Source of the DNA: a virus | Lineage: Duplodnaviria; Heunggongvirae; Uroviricota; Caudoviricetes | IMG/VR virus record: IMGVR_UViG_3300047160_005224 | Span: 32,403 to 96,402 of that record | Reading direction: 5' to 3' (one strand) | Length of the DNA: 64,000 nt | Shown here: one piece after another, positions 30,056-39,774 of the stretch | How positions within the stretch are numbered: the stretch's first letter is position 1 | Layout: each line of letters opens with the position of its first letter | The notes under the pieces: model-generated | Seen by the model: only the letters and a program-made list of their open reading frames with translations | Databases searched by the model: none | What the model was told of the DNA's origin: nothing | Program-made: the position numbers and the translations under genes

Positions 30056-31876
30056 TTAGAGTCGTTCGCCGATAGCCGTGACAGTAACGTCTGCAGGGTC
30101 AACAATGAGCACCTGGTTTGCGTTTGTCACGATATCGTTTGTGATTAGCCTTGCGTAGATATTCAATGTAGAAACACCAGTTGGCAGCGAATCGACAATC
30201 AGATTGTTGATAATGATTCTGCCTGTCGCGTAAGCAACTGAACCAATACTGTTGTTCAGAACGACCTTGTTTCCCTGGCTGTCAATAGTGTAGATATAGA
30301 GATTGCCAAGACCGTCGTCCTGAATGAAGGAGTTGTAGCTCGTGCCACCCTTGGTATAGCCGAATGCTCCAGAGCTGATAGCAGGAGAACGTCCGGCTGG
30401 ATAGGCATAGAGCGTCGGACTGTCGGTGAAAATCTGATTGCCGAAAGTCCAGTTGTAGGAGGTCGAGACGCTTGGCAATGGGTTCAGCTTCTTGATCATC
30501 TGGACTGTCGTGTCGTTATGATCAATGCTGACGTCTGATGCATCGATGGCTCCAGAGAGCTTTGAGAACTTCAGGTCGCCACCAAAGCCCGCCAGTGCGG
30601 TGTTGCTGTAAGAGACGATCGTGTTTGCAACCAGACTCTGAATGTCGACCACAGACTTCGTAGTCACGTTCATGTTGTATGTCGCTTGCGCAACGATGGC
30701 TGCATAGTAGAAGTCTGGATCCATGTAGATCGGTGTGACCGTGAGTCCGCACTTCGTCTGCAGGAACTGCACGATCTGCGTCTTCAAAGTATTGGGAAGA
30801 ATGCTGCCGTTCACTGGCTTAGCTGAGATGATCACCTTACCATATTGCGGAGGCGAAACGGTCTCACCGCCATATGCTGTGACTGCCTGGAGCTGAGGGA
30901 ACTGATTCTTGAGCAAGGTCTCGTAGTCAGTCTCTGTGACTGCTCGCTCCTGCGTAGCGAAATACTTTGGAGCATTGAACTGAATCGAGTTATTGGACTC
31001 AGCCTCAGCTCCACCAGTCGCTTGCACATTGTTGTTGCTTAGAGCTGCCGCGATCCCGCCAACGCCAGGTAGAGAAGTGTTAACAGTGAAAGTCTTAATA
31101 CCGTTCGCAATAGATCCATTGGTCTGCCTATATGCAATTCGTACGATTGAGCCATCCTTGACTGGTGCACCAACAATGCCAGAGCCAAATGTTACTTCGT
31201 ATTGGTCAGAGCTGTAGCCTTGGACAAAGAACACATTGCTGTCGCCAGTATAGCCAAACAGAGTGTCAGCCTTTGCCCAATTGCTGTTGCTTGTGTCTGT
31301 GTTGCTGTTCTGAACGTTCACCTTGATGCTTGACACATCAACATTGGCGCTCTGCAACACATAGCGCATGCTGCTGTTAGCAACAAATGCTTCGTTGATG
31401 ATCTTGCCTTCGTAGAACGGGATCTGCTTGCCAATCCAATTGTTGGATGCGCCGATGTTCACTGCCGAGGCTGTCAGGAATGTGAAGGTCTGTCCATTGG
31501 CACTGCGTCCAACCACAGGGAAGTTCTCTGGGATCGTCACTACGCTAGGCAGAGCATTGCCGGACAAAGTCACGTCAAGGAATGCTGAAGCACTGACACA
31601 TGAGCGTGGCGTGTAGTTCAATTCCTTGGCATGCGACACGATGCTATCACGGAGAATGGCTGTGTCCAGGAACATCTCACTGCCGATCAGGTTCAGGTAT
31701 AGACCATTCTGATAGCTGTTATATGTGAGAATGTCCAACAGAACCGAGAGGTTGCTGCCTTCAAAGTCATAGTCCTTGAACACATCCTGCTGAGACAAGA
31801 ACTTGCGAAGGTTGTCTTTCAGAGTCTGATAGTCGAGCTGGCTGGTGTCAAGGAAGCCAGAATTTGTATTCGCCAT
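30056..31876 (-). CDS. gp6: Baseplate wedge subunit
   Basis: FKDYDFEGSNLSVLLDIL, EMFLDTA..R.S.VSHAK.L.Y.P, QERAVT..DY, GGE...PP.YGKV.I. Confidence 0.93.
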   Translation of the reverse strand: MANTNSGFLDTSQLDYQTLKDNLRKFLSQQDVFKDYDFEGSNLSVLLDILTYNSYQNGLYLNLIGSEMFLDTAILRDSIVSHAKELNYTPRSCVSASAFLDVTLSGNALPSVVTIPENFPVVGRSANGQTFTFLTASAVNIGASNNWIGKQIPFYEGKIINEAFVANSSMRYVLQSANVDVSSIKVNVQNSNTDTSNSNWAKADTLFGYTGDSNVFFVQGYSSDQYEVTFGSGIVGAPVKDGSIVRIAYRQTNGSIANGIKTFTVNTSLPGVGGIAAALSNNNVQATGGAEAESNNSIQFNAPKYFATQERAVTETDYETLLKNQFPQLQAVTAYGGETVSPPQYGKVIISAKPVNGSILPNTLKTQIVQFLQTKCGLTVTPIYMDPDFYYAAIVAQATYNMNVTTKSVVDIQSLVANTIVSYSNTALAGFGGDLKFSKLSGAIDASDVSIDHNDTTVQMIKKLNPLPSVSTSYNWTFGNQIFTDSPTLYAYPAGRSPAISSGAFGYTKGGTSYNSFIQDDGLGNLYIYTIDSQGNKVVLNNSIGSVAYATGRIIINNLIVDSLPTGVSTLNIYARLITNDIVTNANQVLIVDPADVTVTAIGERL

Positions 31877-32274
31877 TAGCGCGTCCTAGTGAGGAAGAAG
31901 GTCAGTGACACAGTCTGCTCCGAGAATGTAGTCGAGAAGACGATGCTGACCTGATATGAGAGTTTGTCATAGTCAGGAGTGACGATGACGTTCTGCAAGA
32001 TTGCCCGTGGCTCGTAGTTCTGGATCGTCTCGCGAATGTAGGATTGGAGTGTCGCAGTGGTAGTGCCGTCCATTGGCTCAAACAGGATCTTGTTGATGTT
32101 GGAACCGATCCTTGGATTAAGTCTGCGTTCGTACTTGTCGGTCAGAACCAGTCTGCGAATGCTCTGCTTTACTGCCTCAGCGTCATACACGCGACCAAGG
32201 TCGTTGCTGACTGGATGCTGTAGAAAGGCAGTATTGAAGTCAATGTAATGGCGATTGGCTGTATTAGCTGCCAC
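31876..32274 (-). CDS. gp25: Baseplate wedge subunit / sheath initiator
   Basis: AVKQSIR.LVLT...ER..NP..GS.I...LFE, I.NYEPR. Confidence 0.93.
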   Translation of the reverse strand: MAANTANRHYIDFNTAFLQHPVSNDLGRVYDAEAVKQSIRRLVLTDKYERRLNPRIGSNINKILFEPMDGTTTATLQSYIRETIQNYEPRAILQNVIVTPDYDKLSYQVSIVFSTTFSEQTVSLTFFLTRTR

Positions 32275-32294
32275 GTGAGTCTCCGTCTATCATC

Positions 32295-33374
32295 TTATGT
32301 ATTGTTGTACGGAAGAGTGTAAACTTTGACTGACAAAGTCGGCACTGTTGGGATGGTTCCTGACATGCCTGAACCAGCTGCTCCTGCTGAGCTTGGATCA
32401 CCGATTGCCACCGTGCCACCTCCCAACGTCAACTTGCCGCTTGCTCCAACATCCACTGACGAACCATGCAGAGAAACACTGCCAGCGCTTCCCAATGAAA
32501 GACTGCCTGCCGCGATGCTGCTGCTTCCTGTTGTACCTATAGTCAATGTCTGTGAGTTCAAACCAATCGCAGACTTTGCACCAAGCACGATGTTCGAAGC
32601 AAGCAGACTGATGCTGCCGCCAGCTGTGATGGTCACATCTTTGTTAGCAGCAAGCGAGATATTGCCCGAAGCACTGATGCTTGCATCACCTGCCACGTAC
32701 ACACGATGCTGCTTGTAAGCGACCTGGAAATGTCCACCGAGTGTCCTTTGTACCACATCGCCATCTGGATGAAACTCGAAGAAGCTGCCACCATGATGGA
32801 ACACATGTACACGCTCAGACCCAGCGGTGTCGTCTAGCTCTATGATGTTGTAGCCATCTGTGTGGATGACATAGTTGTCAGGATAGACAGCAGAGAATGC
32901 CGTAGCAGGCTCATCCCATGATCCACCATCAGCTGTAGCAACACCTTTCGCCGTTGTGCTCTTCTTGTATGCAACCACTGTGTTCTCAACACCACGCGAG
33001 AGCTCACTCGTCGTTGGGGCATTCTTGAACCTCGGGAACACACCATCCGGATCCGAAAAGCCTTTGCTTGAATCAACATCAGCTGGAGTGTATCCATGGA
33101 GCTTCGCCAGAACCACTGGCTGTTGTGCCTCGGTGTTGTCCAGGAAGAATCCAACGACCCAATCTCCTGGCTTACACATCGGCGCATTAGTATCAGCACC
33201 AGAAGTTGCAAAGGTTGCCCAGGGGAGATCAGTGTGTGCAAGCGAGCTGCGATCTTCTGTGTGGAAGCCAATGGATCTGACCTTGACTCGTGCCACTCCC
33301 TGATCATCCTTGATGTCCTCTACCACGCCGAGGAACCAGACCATGTTTGCGAATGGCGTGTTTTGGATTTGCAT
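32295..33374 (-). CDS. gp5: Baseplate hub spike protein (OB fold plus beta-helix, no lysozyme domain)
   Basis: WFLGVVED, RVKVR..GFH, LPWA, VVGFFLD...QQP, Y..N.V..T, IELDDT.G.ERVHV.H..G. Confidence 0.88.
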   Translation of the reverse strand: MQIQNTPFANMVWFLGVVEDIKDDQGVARVKVRSIGFHTEDRSSLAHTDLPWATFATSGADTNAPMCKPGDWVVGFFLDNTEAQQPVVLAKLHGYTPADVDSSKGFSDPDGVFPRFKNAPTTSELSRGVENTVVAYKKSTTAKGVATADGGSWDEPATAFSAVYPDNYVIHTDGYNIIELDDTAGSERVHVFHHGGSFFEFHPDGDVVQRTLGGHFQVAYKQHRVYVAGDASISASGNISLAANKDVTITAGGSISLLASNIVLGAKSAIGLNSQTLTIGTTGSSSIAAGSLSLGSAGSVSLHGSSVDVGASGKLTLGGGTVAIGDPSSAGAAGSGMSGTIPTVPTLSVKVYTLPYNNT

Positions 33375-34651
33375 CAGTTGCCTCCATTCATGATGTTCGT
33401 GTCATAGCCATCAGCGTAGACAGTGAGATACGTGCGATAGTGTTCAGCTCTCCAGACCCTGTGCCTGACATCGGCAACCAGAAACTTGCCATGCAGAACC
33501 CAGTCCTTGCCTCGGTTGTCTGCGCTGCTGAGCTCCGGTGCATCAACATCGATCACGTCACCAGCCTTGATGCTAGGATTGCCATAGACTTCAATCGAGA
33601 AGCAGATCTGATTGAACAACTGAGTCTGCATGGTAGCTGCGTTGAACTTTTGCTCATACGAATTCTGTTGTCCAACGGTTGCATCATCTGAGCGAATTTT
33701 GACCATTGCCGAAAGCCCAGGCGTCTGCACGGAGCTGTCGGAAATCCAATTGTTGGACACTTGCTGCAGATCTGCCACTGGCTGTTTGCGTAGCACCTGT
33801 ACCGACTGCTGCTGATCCACGTAGTTCTTCTTGGAACTGGTGATGTTGCGGTTGAAGTGATTAAACTGCAACAGCTCATTCTCATAGAGGCCACCGGCTG
33901 TTCTTGTCGCCTGATGACCAAGCTTGAGTTGCTGGAAGCCAAGAATGCGGAACACGTCACTGGAGTCTGAGTTGATGTTCTTGTCGACTGCTACAGTGTA
34001 GGAATGGACTATTGCTTGTGCCAGCTGAGTCCGAAGGGTGCGGAACACATGCCCATCACTCGTCTGCCAGAACATGTATAGCGAATCAGCGTCACCAGCC
34101 GCGTTCTGTGCTTGCTTGCAACACCAACCAATGACGTCGAATGGCTTGCCACCTTGAGGAACCAACGTCCTTTGTCCACCTGCCGACTCAACTTGCAAAT
34201 CGGCAATGTTCAAATAGTCCTTGCAGATGCCCTGCACAATCTGATCAAAACTTCCTTTGTAGGACTTTGTCACTGGCTTCAACTGGTTCAGATGAGCCGA
34301 GATGTGCAAGCCTGAGATGACGAATGTGCGACCCAAACTGTTCTCTGTACGATCGCCCTGTCCAATATCCAGGATCACAAAGTCCTGCACAATCTTGCCT
34401 GCGTCATTGTCATGCAGAGCCAAGCTCACCGACACCACATCACCCGTCTGCACACCAAACTTCGCCACCAGTCCGGCTGCGTCAACCAGACCCATCTTGA
34501 ACTGAAGTGCCTTGGCAAACATGCTTTCCCAGATGTTGAATTCTGACACAAAGCTGCCAATGCCAAGTCGCACTCCACTCGGCTTCACAAGCTCAATGCC
34601 ATACTGGAAGGTGTCCAGTCCGCCTTGGTTGTAGATGATCAAATCATTCAT
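33374..34651 (-). CDS. Baseplate hub protein (gp27/VgrG-like)
   Basis: Position between gp53 and gp5; G.....GDVI...HGKFLV..VRH C-terminal pattern. Confidence 0.65.
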   Translation of the reverse strand: MNDLIIYNQGGLDTFQYGIELVKPSGVRLGIGSFVSEFNIWESMFAKALQFKMGLVDAAGLVAKFGVQTGDVVSVSLALHDNDAGKIVQDFVILDIGQGDRTENSLGRTFVISGLHISAHLNQLKPVTKSYKGSFDQIVQGICKDYLNIADLQVESAGGQRTLVPQGGKPFDVIGWCCKQAQNAAGDADSLYMFWQTSDGHVFRTLRTQLAQAIVHSYTVAVDKNINSDSSDVFRILGFQQLKLGHQATRTAGGLYENELLQFNHFNRNITSSKKNYVDQQQSVQVLRKQPVADLQQVSNNWISDSSVQTPGLSAMVKIRSDDATVGQQNSYEQKFNAATMQTQLFNQICFSIEVYGNPSIKAGDVIDVDAPELSSADNRGKDWVLHGKFLVADVRHRVWRAEHYRTYLTVYADGYDTNIMNGGN

Positions 34652-35175
34652 GATGCCAGTTTCTTCTCCAGCTCAAGAGCGATGGATGCTGCGTAGGTCT
34701 TATTGATCAGTTTGATGCTTCGGCGTGCTGCGTTGTTCCGTTCTTCCCATGTATAGCTGTCCACTGGATACAGGACCAGACCATTCTCGTCCAGTCCAGT
34801 CGTGTTGTAGGCATAGGATGTCGGAGTGTATTGCAAACCACCGACCGAGCTTTCATAGTGATGAATCAGAGCCATGGCTGCTGGAACACTGCCATAGTTT
34901 GCCTCAATGTAGGCATCAAAGTCGTCTTGACTCATGTACCAGCCATAGACTGGATCAACAATTTCATTGCTGAACAGAACAAGCCAATCGTACTCAATGC
35001 TGCCATAGTAGTCAAACGCAATCGACGTTGGCGTGTCGCCGTCTTGCAGAGTGTAGGGATAGAACAACACTCCCTGATCCAGAACCTCACGAGCGATACG
35101 TGCGTTGCTCATGAGCTCACGAAGCATGACTCCGCGATACTCAACCAGTGGGATGTTGGCGAAATATTGTCTCAC
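34648..35175 (-). CDS. gp53: Baseplate wedge subunit
   Basis: YF...P...Y, DGDTP..IA..YYG...YDWLVL..N.I.DP, E..N..RR.IKL. Confidence 0.9.
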   Translation of the reverse strand: MRQYFANIPLVEYRGVMLRELMSNARIAREVLDQGVLFYPYTLQDGDTPTSIAFDYYGSIEYDWLVLFSNEIVDPVYGWYMSQDDFDAYIEANYGSVPAAMALIHHYESSVGGLQYTPTSYAYNTTGLDENGLVLYPVDSYTWEERNNAARRSIKLINKTYAASIALELEKKLAS

Positions 35176-35184
35176 AAAGTCACC

Positions 35185-36147
35185 TTAGAATGAGATGTCA
35201 GGACTGAAGCCTGAGTTGGGAATCGGTGGAATGTCAGTGTCAGAATCATCCTGGCCACCAGCAGGTGGGAAGTTGTTGGGATCAGATGCCTCAACAATGC
35301 CCTGTGTGCCATAGGCTTCACGAGTGAGCTGCTCCACTTCCTGCAGGTTCAGAGTGAGCTCAACAGCAGCAGGTGCTGTATCAACCATCGGTGTCCATGC
35401 ACCCAGAGGTGTGTATGATGTCTGTACGCCAGTCAGAACACATCGTGCGAACTGGAACAGATACTGCGTGCCAAAGAATGTGATCTCAAGCTCATCTGGA
35501 TAGGTGAGGAACAGATCGCTCTTGCCAGGCAGGGAATGATATTCAAAGTTCTTGATCACTCTCTGGATCATCTGACTGTCCTTCTGGGATGTCGGAATCA
35601 GACGGAATGACAGCTGATGCTGGCGCGGAGTGACATTCTGGAAGGTGGCAACAGTGTAGGGATTCGGAACAGTGCCACGCGATAGATCAATGCTTGCTCC
35701 ACTCTCAGCTGACAGACCTTGGACAAACTTGCGAGCGACATACGCAGAAGTGTCAACAGCCACATCGCCAGCCTTCGTCAACACTTGGTTTGCTGTGCCA
35801 ATGTCCATTCCTTTGATGGCATCAGCAGTGCCCATACCAGCATTGTATCCTTGACGATACAGAACACCAGCAATGCCAAGCTGTGTCATGTCATAGTTCG
35901 TGGCAATAGTGTTGTTGATGGCAGTCGGCATGGGCAGGAAGATGTGGCTCCCTTGGATGTTGCTGGCGAATGTTGCCTTGTTGCCAGAGATGTCGTATGC
36001 ATACTTGACAAACTTGAACAACATGCCATATGTCGGCTTCTCATTCGTGGGGAATTTGAGAGCAGCATTGGATGGCGATGTGCGATCGCGGGAAGCAGCG
36101 ATGGCTTGCGATGGGAGATTCTGCAATTGCGAGGTGAACGATGGCAT
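35185..36147 (-). CDS. gp48: Baseplate tail tube cap
   Basis: IFLPMP, NPY....F.....R.H...F.L.P....DS, YPDE.EI, ELTLNLQE. Confidence 0.85.
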   Translation of the reverse strand: MPSFTSQLQNLPSQAIAASRDRTSPSNAALKFPTNEKPTYGMLFKFVKYAYDISGNKATFASNIQGSHIFLPMPTAINNTIATNYDMTQLGIAGVLYRQGYNAGMGTADAIKGMDIGTANQVLTKAGDVAVDTSAYVARKFVQGLSAESGASIDLSRGTVPNPYTVATFQNVTPRQHQLSFRLIPTSQKDSQMIQRVIKNFEYHSLPGKSDLFLTYPDELEITFFGTQYLFQFARCVLTGVQTSYTPLGAWTPMVDTAPAAVELTLNLQEVEQLTREAYGTQGIVEASDPNNFPPAGGQDDSDTDIPPIPNSGFSPDISF

Positions 36148-36309
36148 GTTGCGGATTGCTCTTGGTGAAGGATGCGTTCAATCCAGACGGTGAGTCAGGA
36201 GTGGCCAGACCATAGAAGACTGACATACGCCATATCTATGTCTGACAGCTCAACATCACTCTCCAGCGACCAGCATTGGTTTTCGCGCATTTCCAGAGCA
36301 TTACACAAA

Positions 36310-36564
36310 ATGACCATTTCAGACAATGACACTGACAAACATATCAGGACTCTCAAGGGAGACACGATCGTGATTGACTTGCGACCGATGACTGACAACG
36401 AGAGGATTGCATATGAGAAGGCAGCCAGAAAGCTTCCCAAGGTTGGCAAGAAGATCAGGCAGAAGCTTGACAAGAGGGATGCTCCCTGTGTGATTGATGT
36501 CACCTCTAGCAGGATGTGCGAGAATGGTGTGAAGGGATGTACAGTCAGACATGGGAAGAAGTGA
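36310..36564 (+). CDS. Hypothetical protein
   Basis: ORF from MTISDND ending 3 nt before gp4. Confidence 0.45.
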   Translation: MTISDNDTDKHIRTLKGDTIVIDLRPMTDNERIAYEKAARKLPKVGKKIRQKLDKRDAPCVIDVTSSRMCENGVKGCTVRHGKK

Positions 36565-36567
36565 GGA

Positions 36568-37014
36568 ATGAGCTACAAGGGCAAATACAGAGTCAAGTTC
36601 CCAGGCAAGTACAAGGGCAATCCTAACGATGTCACTTACAGGTCTGGCATGGAGTTGAAGATGTTCAACTTCTTTGACTTACATTCAGATGTGCTTGAGT
36701 GGGGAAGCGAGATTGAGATTGTCAAATATCGTTCACCAATTGATGGGCGGATCCACCGATACTTCATTGATCTCTATGCCAAGATCAAGAAGAAGGATGG
36801 AACGGAGCAGGTGTTGCTTATTGAAGTCAAGCCAGAGAAGCAGAGCAGACCACCAGTGAAGAAGAGTCGTGTGACGAGGCGTTACATAATGGAAGTGAAG
36901 ACCTGGGGAGTGAACCAGGCGAAGTGGGAAGCTGCCTCTGCATACGCAGCCAAGAGAGGCTGGACATTTGTGGTGATGACCGAGAAAGACATTTCTGGAC
37001 TGACAGGATTCTAA
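36568..37014 (+). CDS. gp4: Head completion nuclease (TnsA-like)
   Basis: YKGKY....P.KYKG.P..V.YRS..E, HRYFID, IEVKP, N.AKW.AA. Confidence 0.92.
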   Translation: MSYKGKYRVKFPGKYKGNPNDVTYRSGMELKMFNFFDLHSDVLEWGSEIEIVKYRSPIDGRIHRYFIDLYAKIKKKDGTEQVLLIEVKPEKQSRPPVKKSRVTRRYIMEVKTWGVNQAKWEAASAYAAKRGWTFVVMTEKDISGLTGF

Positions 37015-37020
37015 GAGAAC

Positions 37021-37635
37021 ATGGCAACGACTGTATTTGACAAGATGCTTGCTGACGCTGCTCGACAGGGCATCGTGATCAAGAACACCAAGAAGAGCAT
37101 GGATTGGTTCAGAGCGAGAGCAGCCAACATCCAGAACTATCAGGTGAAGGCAAGCAAGTTCCTTTCTGACTACGAGAGGACTGGAGCTGTTTGGTTCCCA
37201 GGCAACATGTACATGATGGTGTATGATCCAAAAGGAAAGGATACACTGCCATACTACGACAACTTTCCACTGATCCTACCGTACAAGAAAGTGCCAGGCG
37301 GGTTCTATGGACTCAATCTGCACTATCTGCCACCGACCTACAGAGCTAAACTCATGGATGTGCTCTGGCAGGATCGACTGAACAACCAGAAGTTTGACGA
37401 CACAACAAAGATGAAGCTTGGCGCTCGTGCGTATCATGTGCTCAAGGCATCTGCTCGTTATCGCTATTTCAAGCCATGCGTCAAGCACTACCTAGATGAG
37501 CATGTTCGTTCACGTTTCATCTACATCCATCCCAACGAATGGCAAGCAGCACTCTTCCTCCCGAGCGAACAGTTCCGCAAGGCAACAAAGGAACAGGTCT
37601 GGAAGGACAGCCGCCGAACCATCAACAGGTCCTAA
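37021..37635 (+). CDS. gp2: DNA end protector protein
   Basis: YDPK.K.TLPYYD.FPL, F.GLNLHYLPP, KPC.K.YL..HVRS, A.FLP.E.F. Confidence 0.92.
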   Translation: MATTVFDKMLADAARQGIVIKNTKKSMDWFRARAANIQNYQVKASKFLSDYERTGAVWFPGNMYMMVYDPKGKDTLPYYDNFPLILPYKKVPGGFYGLNLHYLPPTYRAKLMDVLWQDRLNNQKFDDTTKMKLGARAYHVLKASARYRYFKPCVKHYLDEHVRSRFIYIHPNEWQAALFLPSEQFRKATKEQVWKDSRRTINRS

Positions 37636-37639
37636 TACA

Positions 37640-38485
37640 ATGCCATTTGATGTCAGTGAATTCAAGAGCAACGGCGCAAGATTTGGTTTCTTGCGCCCAG
37701 CCTATTTCATGGCGAACGTTGCTCGCATTCCTGGGTTCCTCAGCAACAGAGGCTGGGATCCACGCTTCCTCATCTATCTCTGCTCAGCAGCCAATCTTCC
37801 TGGCATCGCGATTGCTACATCTGACGAGCGCAGATTTGGATATGGACCAACCCAGAAGATCCCATACGATGTGCTCCATCCAGATGTCACTCTGACGTTC
37901 TATTGTGATGGTGATGGTGAGTCAGTTGCTTTGTTCGATGAGTGGTTGCGTTCTGTCGTCACATACTACGATCCTTCTAAGACATTCAAGGGAGCATCGT
38001 ATGGCGAGATCCAGTACCCAACCAACTACATGACCAATCTGGAACTCTATGCCTACAACGAGTCTCCTGGCGTGGATAACCCGACAGAGATCCTGCGCTA
38101 CACTCTGGTAGATGCTTTCCCGATCAACATGTCGGATGTACAGATGGACTGGAGCAACGATGGTGCTGTTGCTTCCTTCCAGGTCACATTTGCCTATCGT
38201 TACCACACACTCCAGAAGAACTCAGCTGCTGACTATCTGTCTGGACTCGGTGGTATCCAATACGACGCGGGTTGGATTGCTGACATTGCCAACATCGGAT
38301 TTGCTGTAGCCAACCGTAACAAGCAGGTTCTGGTACAGCAAGTTGAGTCCATCACATGCGGCTTCATTGGTGCTCCTGATCTGGCAAATGCTATCAACAG
38401 CATCCTCGGTGGCAATCCTAACATTGGTGCTATCACTCGTTCGCTCGACCAGCTTGGTCGACAGTTTACATTCCCTTCGTTCTGA
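37640..38485 (+). CDS. gp54: Baseplate tail-tube initiator
   Basis: Tube-like fold motifs RP..F, NLPG, TLTFY.D, Y.L.DAFP, FQVTFAY; start taken at MPFDV. Confidence 0.8.
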   Translation: MPFDVSEFKSNGARFGFLRPAYFMANVARIPGFLSNRGWDPRFLIYLCSAANLPGIAIATSDERRFGYGPTQKIPYDVLHPDVTLTFYCDGDGESVALFDEWLRSVVTYYDPSKTFKGASYGEIQYPTNYMTNLELYAYNESPGVDNPTEILRYTLVDAFPINMSDVQMDWSNDGAVASFQVTFAYRYHTLQKNSAADYLSGLGGIQYDAGWIADIANIGFAVANRNKQVLVQQVESITCGFIGAPDLANAINSILGGNPNIGAITRSLDQLGRQFTFPSF

Positions 38486-38502
38486 TCTAACAGGATTTGA
38501 TA

Positions 38503-39210
38503 ATGCTTCCTAAGATTGCACAACCAACCTTCAATACAGTTCTTCCGAGCAACAACAAGAAGATCACATTCCGTCCGTTCACTGTCCGCGAGGAGAAGAT
38601 CCTCTTGGTGGCTCAAGCAGCCAATGATGCGGATAGTATGGTCCAGGCAATGAAACAAATCATCAACAACTGCGTGGTTGATTCCATCGACGTTGACGAT
38701 ATGCCATCCTTCGACATCGAATGGTTGTTCCTTCAACTGCGTGCCAAGAGTGTTGGCAACGTCATCGAGCTGCGTGCTGAGGAAGATGGAAAGGAAGTCT
38801 TCATCAAGATCGACCTGAACGAAGTGAAGGTGAAAGCAGCAACCATCAGCAACAAGATGCTCCTAGACGAGCAGCAAGGGATCGGTGTGGTGCTTCGCTA
38901 TCCAACGTTCTCTGTGATCGAAAAGCTCGGCAAGTTCAATGATGAGAGTGTTGATCAATCCAACCTCGCGTTTGAGCTGTTCAAAGAGATTGTTGTGGCC
39001 ATCTACGACGCGAACGATGTGTATGATGTCACGATGGCAGAACCAGGAGAGCTGGATGAGTTCCTGCAGTCCATGAATGCTGTTCAGTTCAGAAGCATTC
39101 AGGCATTCCTGGAGGATATGCCGTATGTGTACATGGATGTTTCCTACACGACACCATCTGGTGAAGAGAAGTCCTTCAGACTACAGGGTCTCCAGGATTT
39201 TTTCGGATAA
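38503..39210 (+). CDS. gp26: Baseplate hub subunit / tail assembly chaperone
   Basis: LPKI..P.F...LPS..K.I.FRPF.V.EEKILL, FDIE..FL..RAKSVG, GL.DFF end. Confidence 0.9.
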   Translation: MLPKIAQPTFNTVLPSNNKKITFRPFTVREEKILLVAQAANDADSMVQAMKQIINNCVVDSIDVDDMPSFDIEWLFLQLRAKSVGNVIELRAEEDGKEVFIKIDLNEVKVKAATISNKMLLDEQQGIGVVLRYPTFSVIEKLGKFNDESVDQSNLAFELFKEIVVAIYDANDVYDVTMAEPGELDEFLQSMNAVQFRSIQAFLEDMPYVYMDVSYTTPSGEEKSFRLQGLQDFFG

Positions 39211-39380
39211 GCGCTGGCTACAACTCGCTCGAGAACTATTACCGAACGCTGCACGCCTTTAGAGCCCACCATAAATACAGCGATCAGGATGTTCTTGAGT
39301 GGTTGCCATTCGAGCGCGACATCGAAGTCCAGTTTATCCTGGACGATTACGAAAAAGAGAAGGCACGCAATGGCGGATAA
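39198..39380 (+). CDS. gp51: gp51-like hub assembly module; no canonical start, reachable by -1 frameshift
   Basis: Manual translation FFRISAGYNSLENYYRTLHAFRAHHKYSDQDVLEWLPFERDIEVQFILDDYEKEKARNGG*; absent from the ORF track. Confidence 0.8.
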   Translation, partial: FFRISAGYNSLENYYRTLHAFRAHHKYSDQDVLEWLPFERDIEVQFILDDYEKEKARNGG

Positions 39381-39768
39381 CACTGTACAACCAGCAACCA
39401 AATACGATGATTATCAAGAGTCCAGCGCAACAGCGCAGGACATCGCTGCTGCCAAGTTCAACTTCCTCAACAAGAAGGCTGAACTCCAGATCGAGAATGA
39501 GCGTTGGAAGACTAAGAAGTGGATGGCATGGGTCTGTCTGATGACCCTGATTGTTGCCACGGGCTGCATGTTCTTCCTGGTTCCCCAGCCTAGGATGGCA
39601 TCACTAGACTCTGTGACATCTTGGTTCTACGCAGCAACCACTACCATCATCAGTGCATACATCGGTTCCTCTACATGGGAACGTATCGCACTCAAGAAGC
39701 CAGAAAAGCCATCTGTGGCTGATGTCGCTGGCGCAACACCATTTGACGCCCTCAACCAAGAGAAGTGA
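39370..39768 (+). CDS. Two-TM membrane protein
   Basis: KWMAWVCLMTLIVATGCMFFLV and WFYAATTTIISAYIG hydrophobic segments; start MADNT. Confidence 0.7.
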   Translation: MADNTVQPATKYDDYQESSATAQDIAAAKFNFLNKKAELQIENERWKTKKWMAWVCLMTLIVATGCMFFLVPQPRMASLDSVTSWFYAATTTIISAYIGSSTWERIALKKPEKPSVADVAGATPFDALNQEK

Positions 39769-39774
39769 TAGGCG

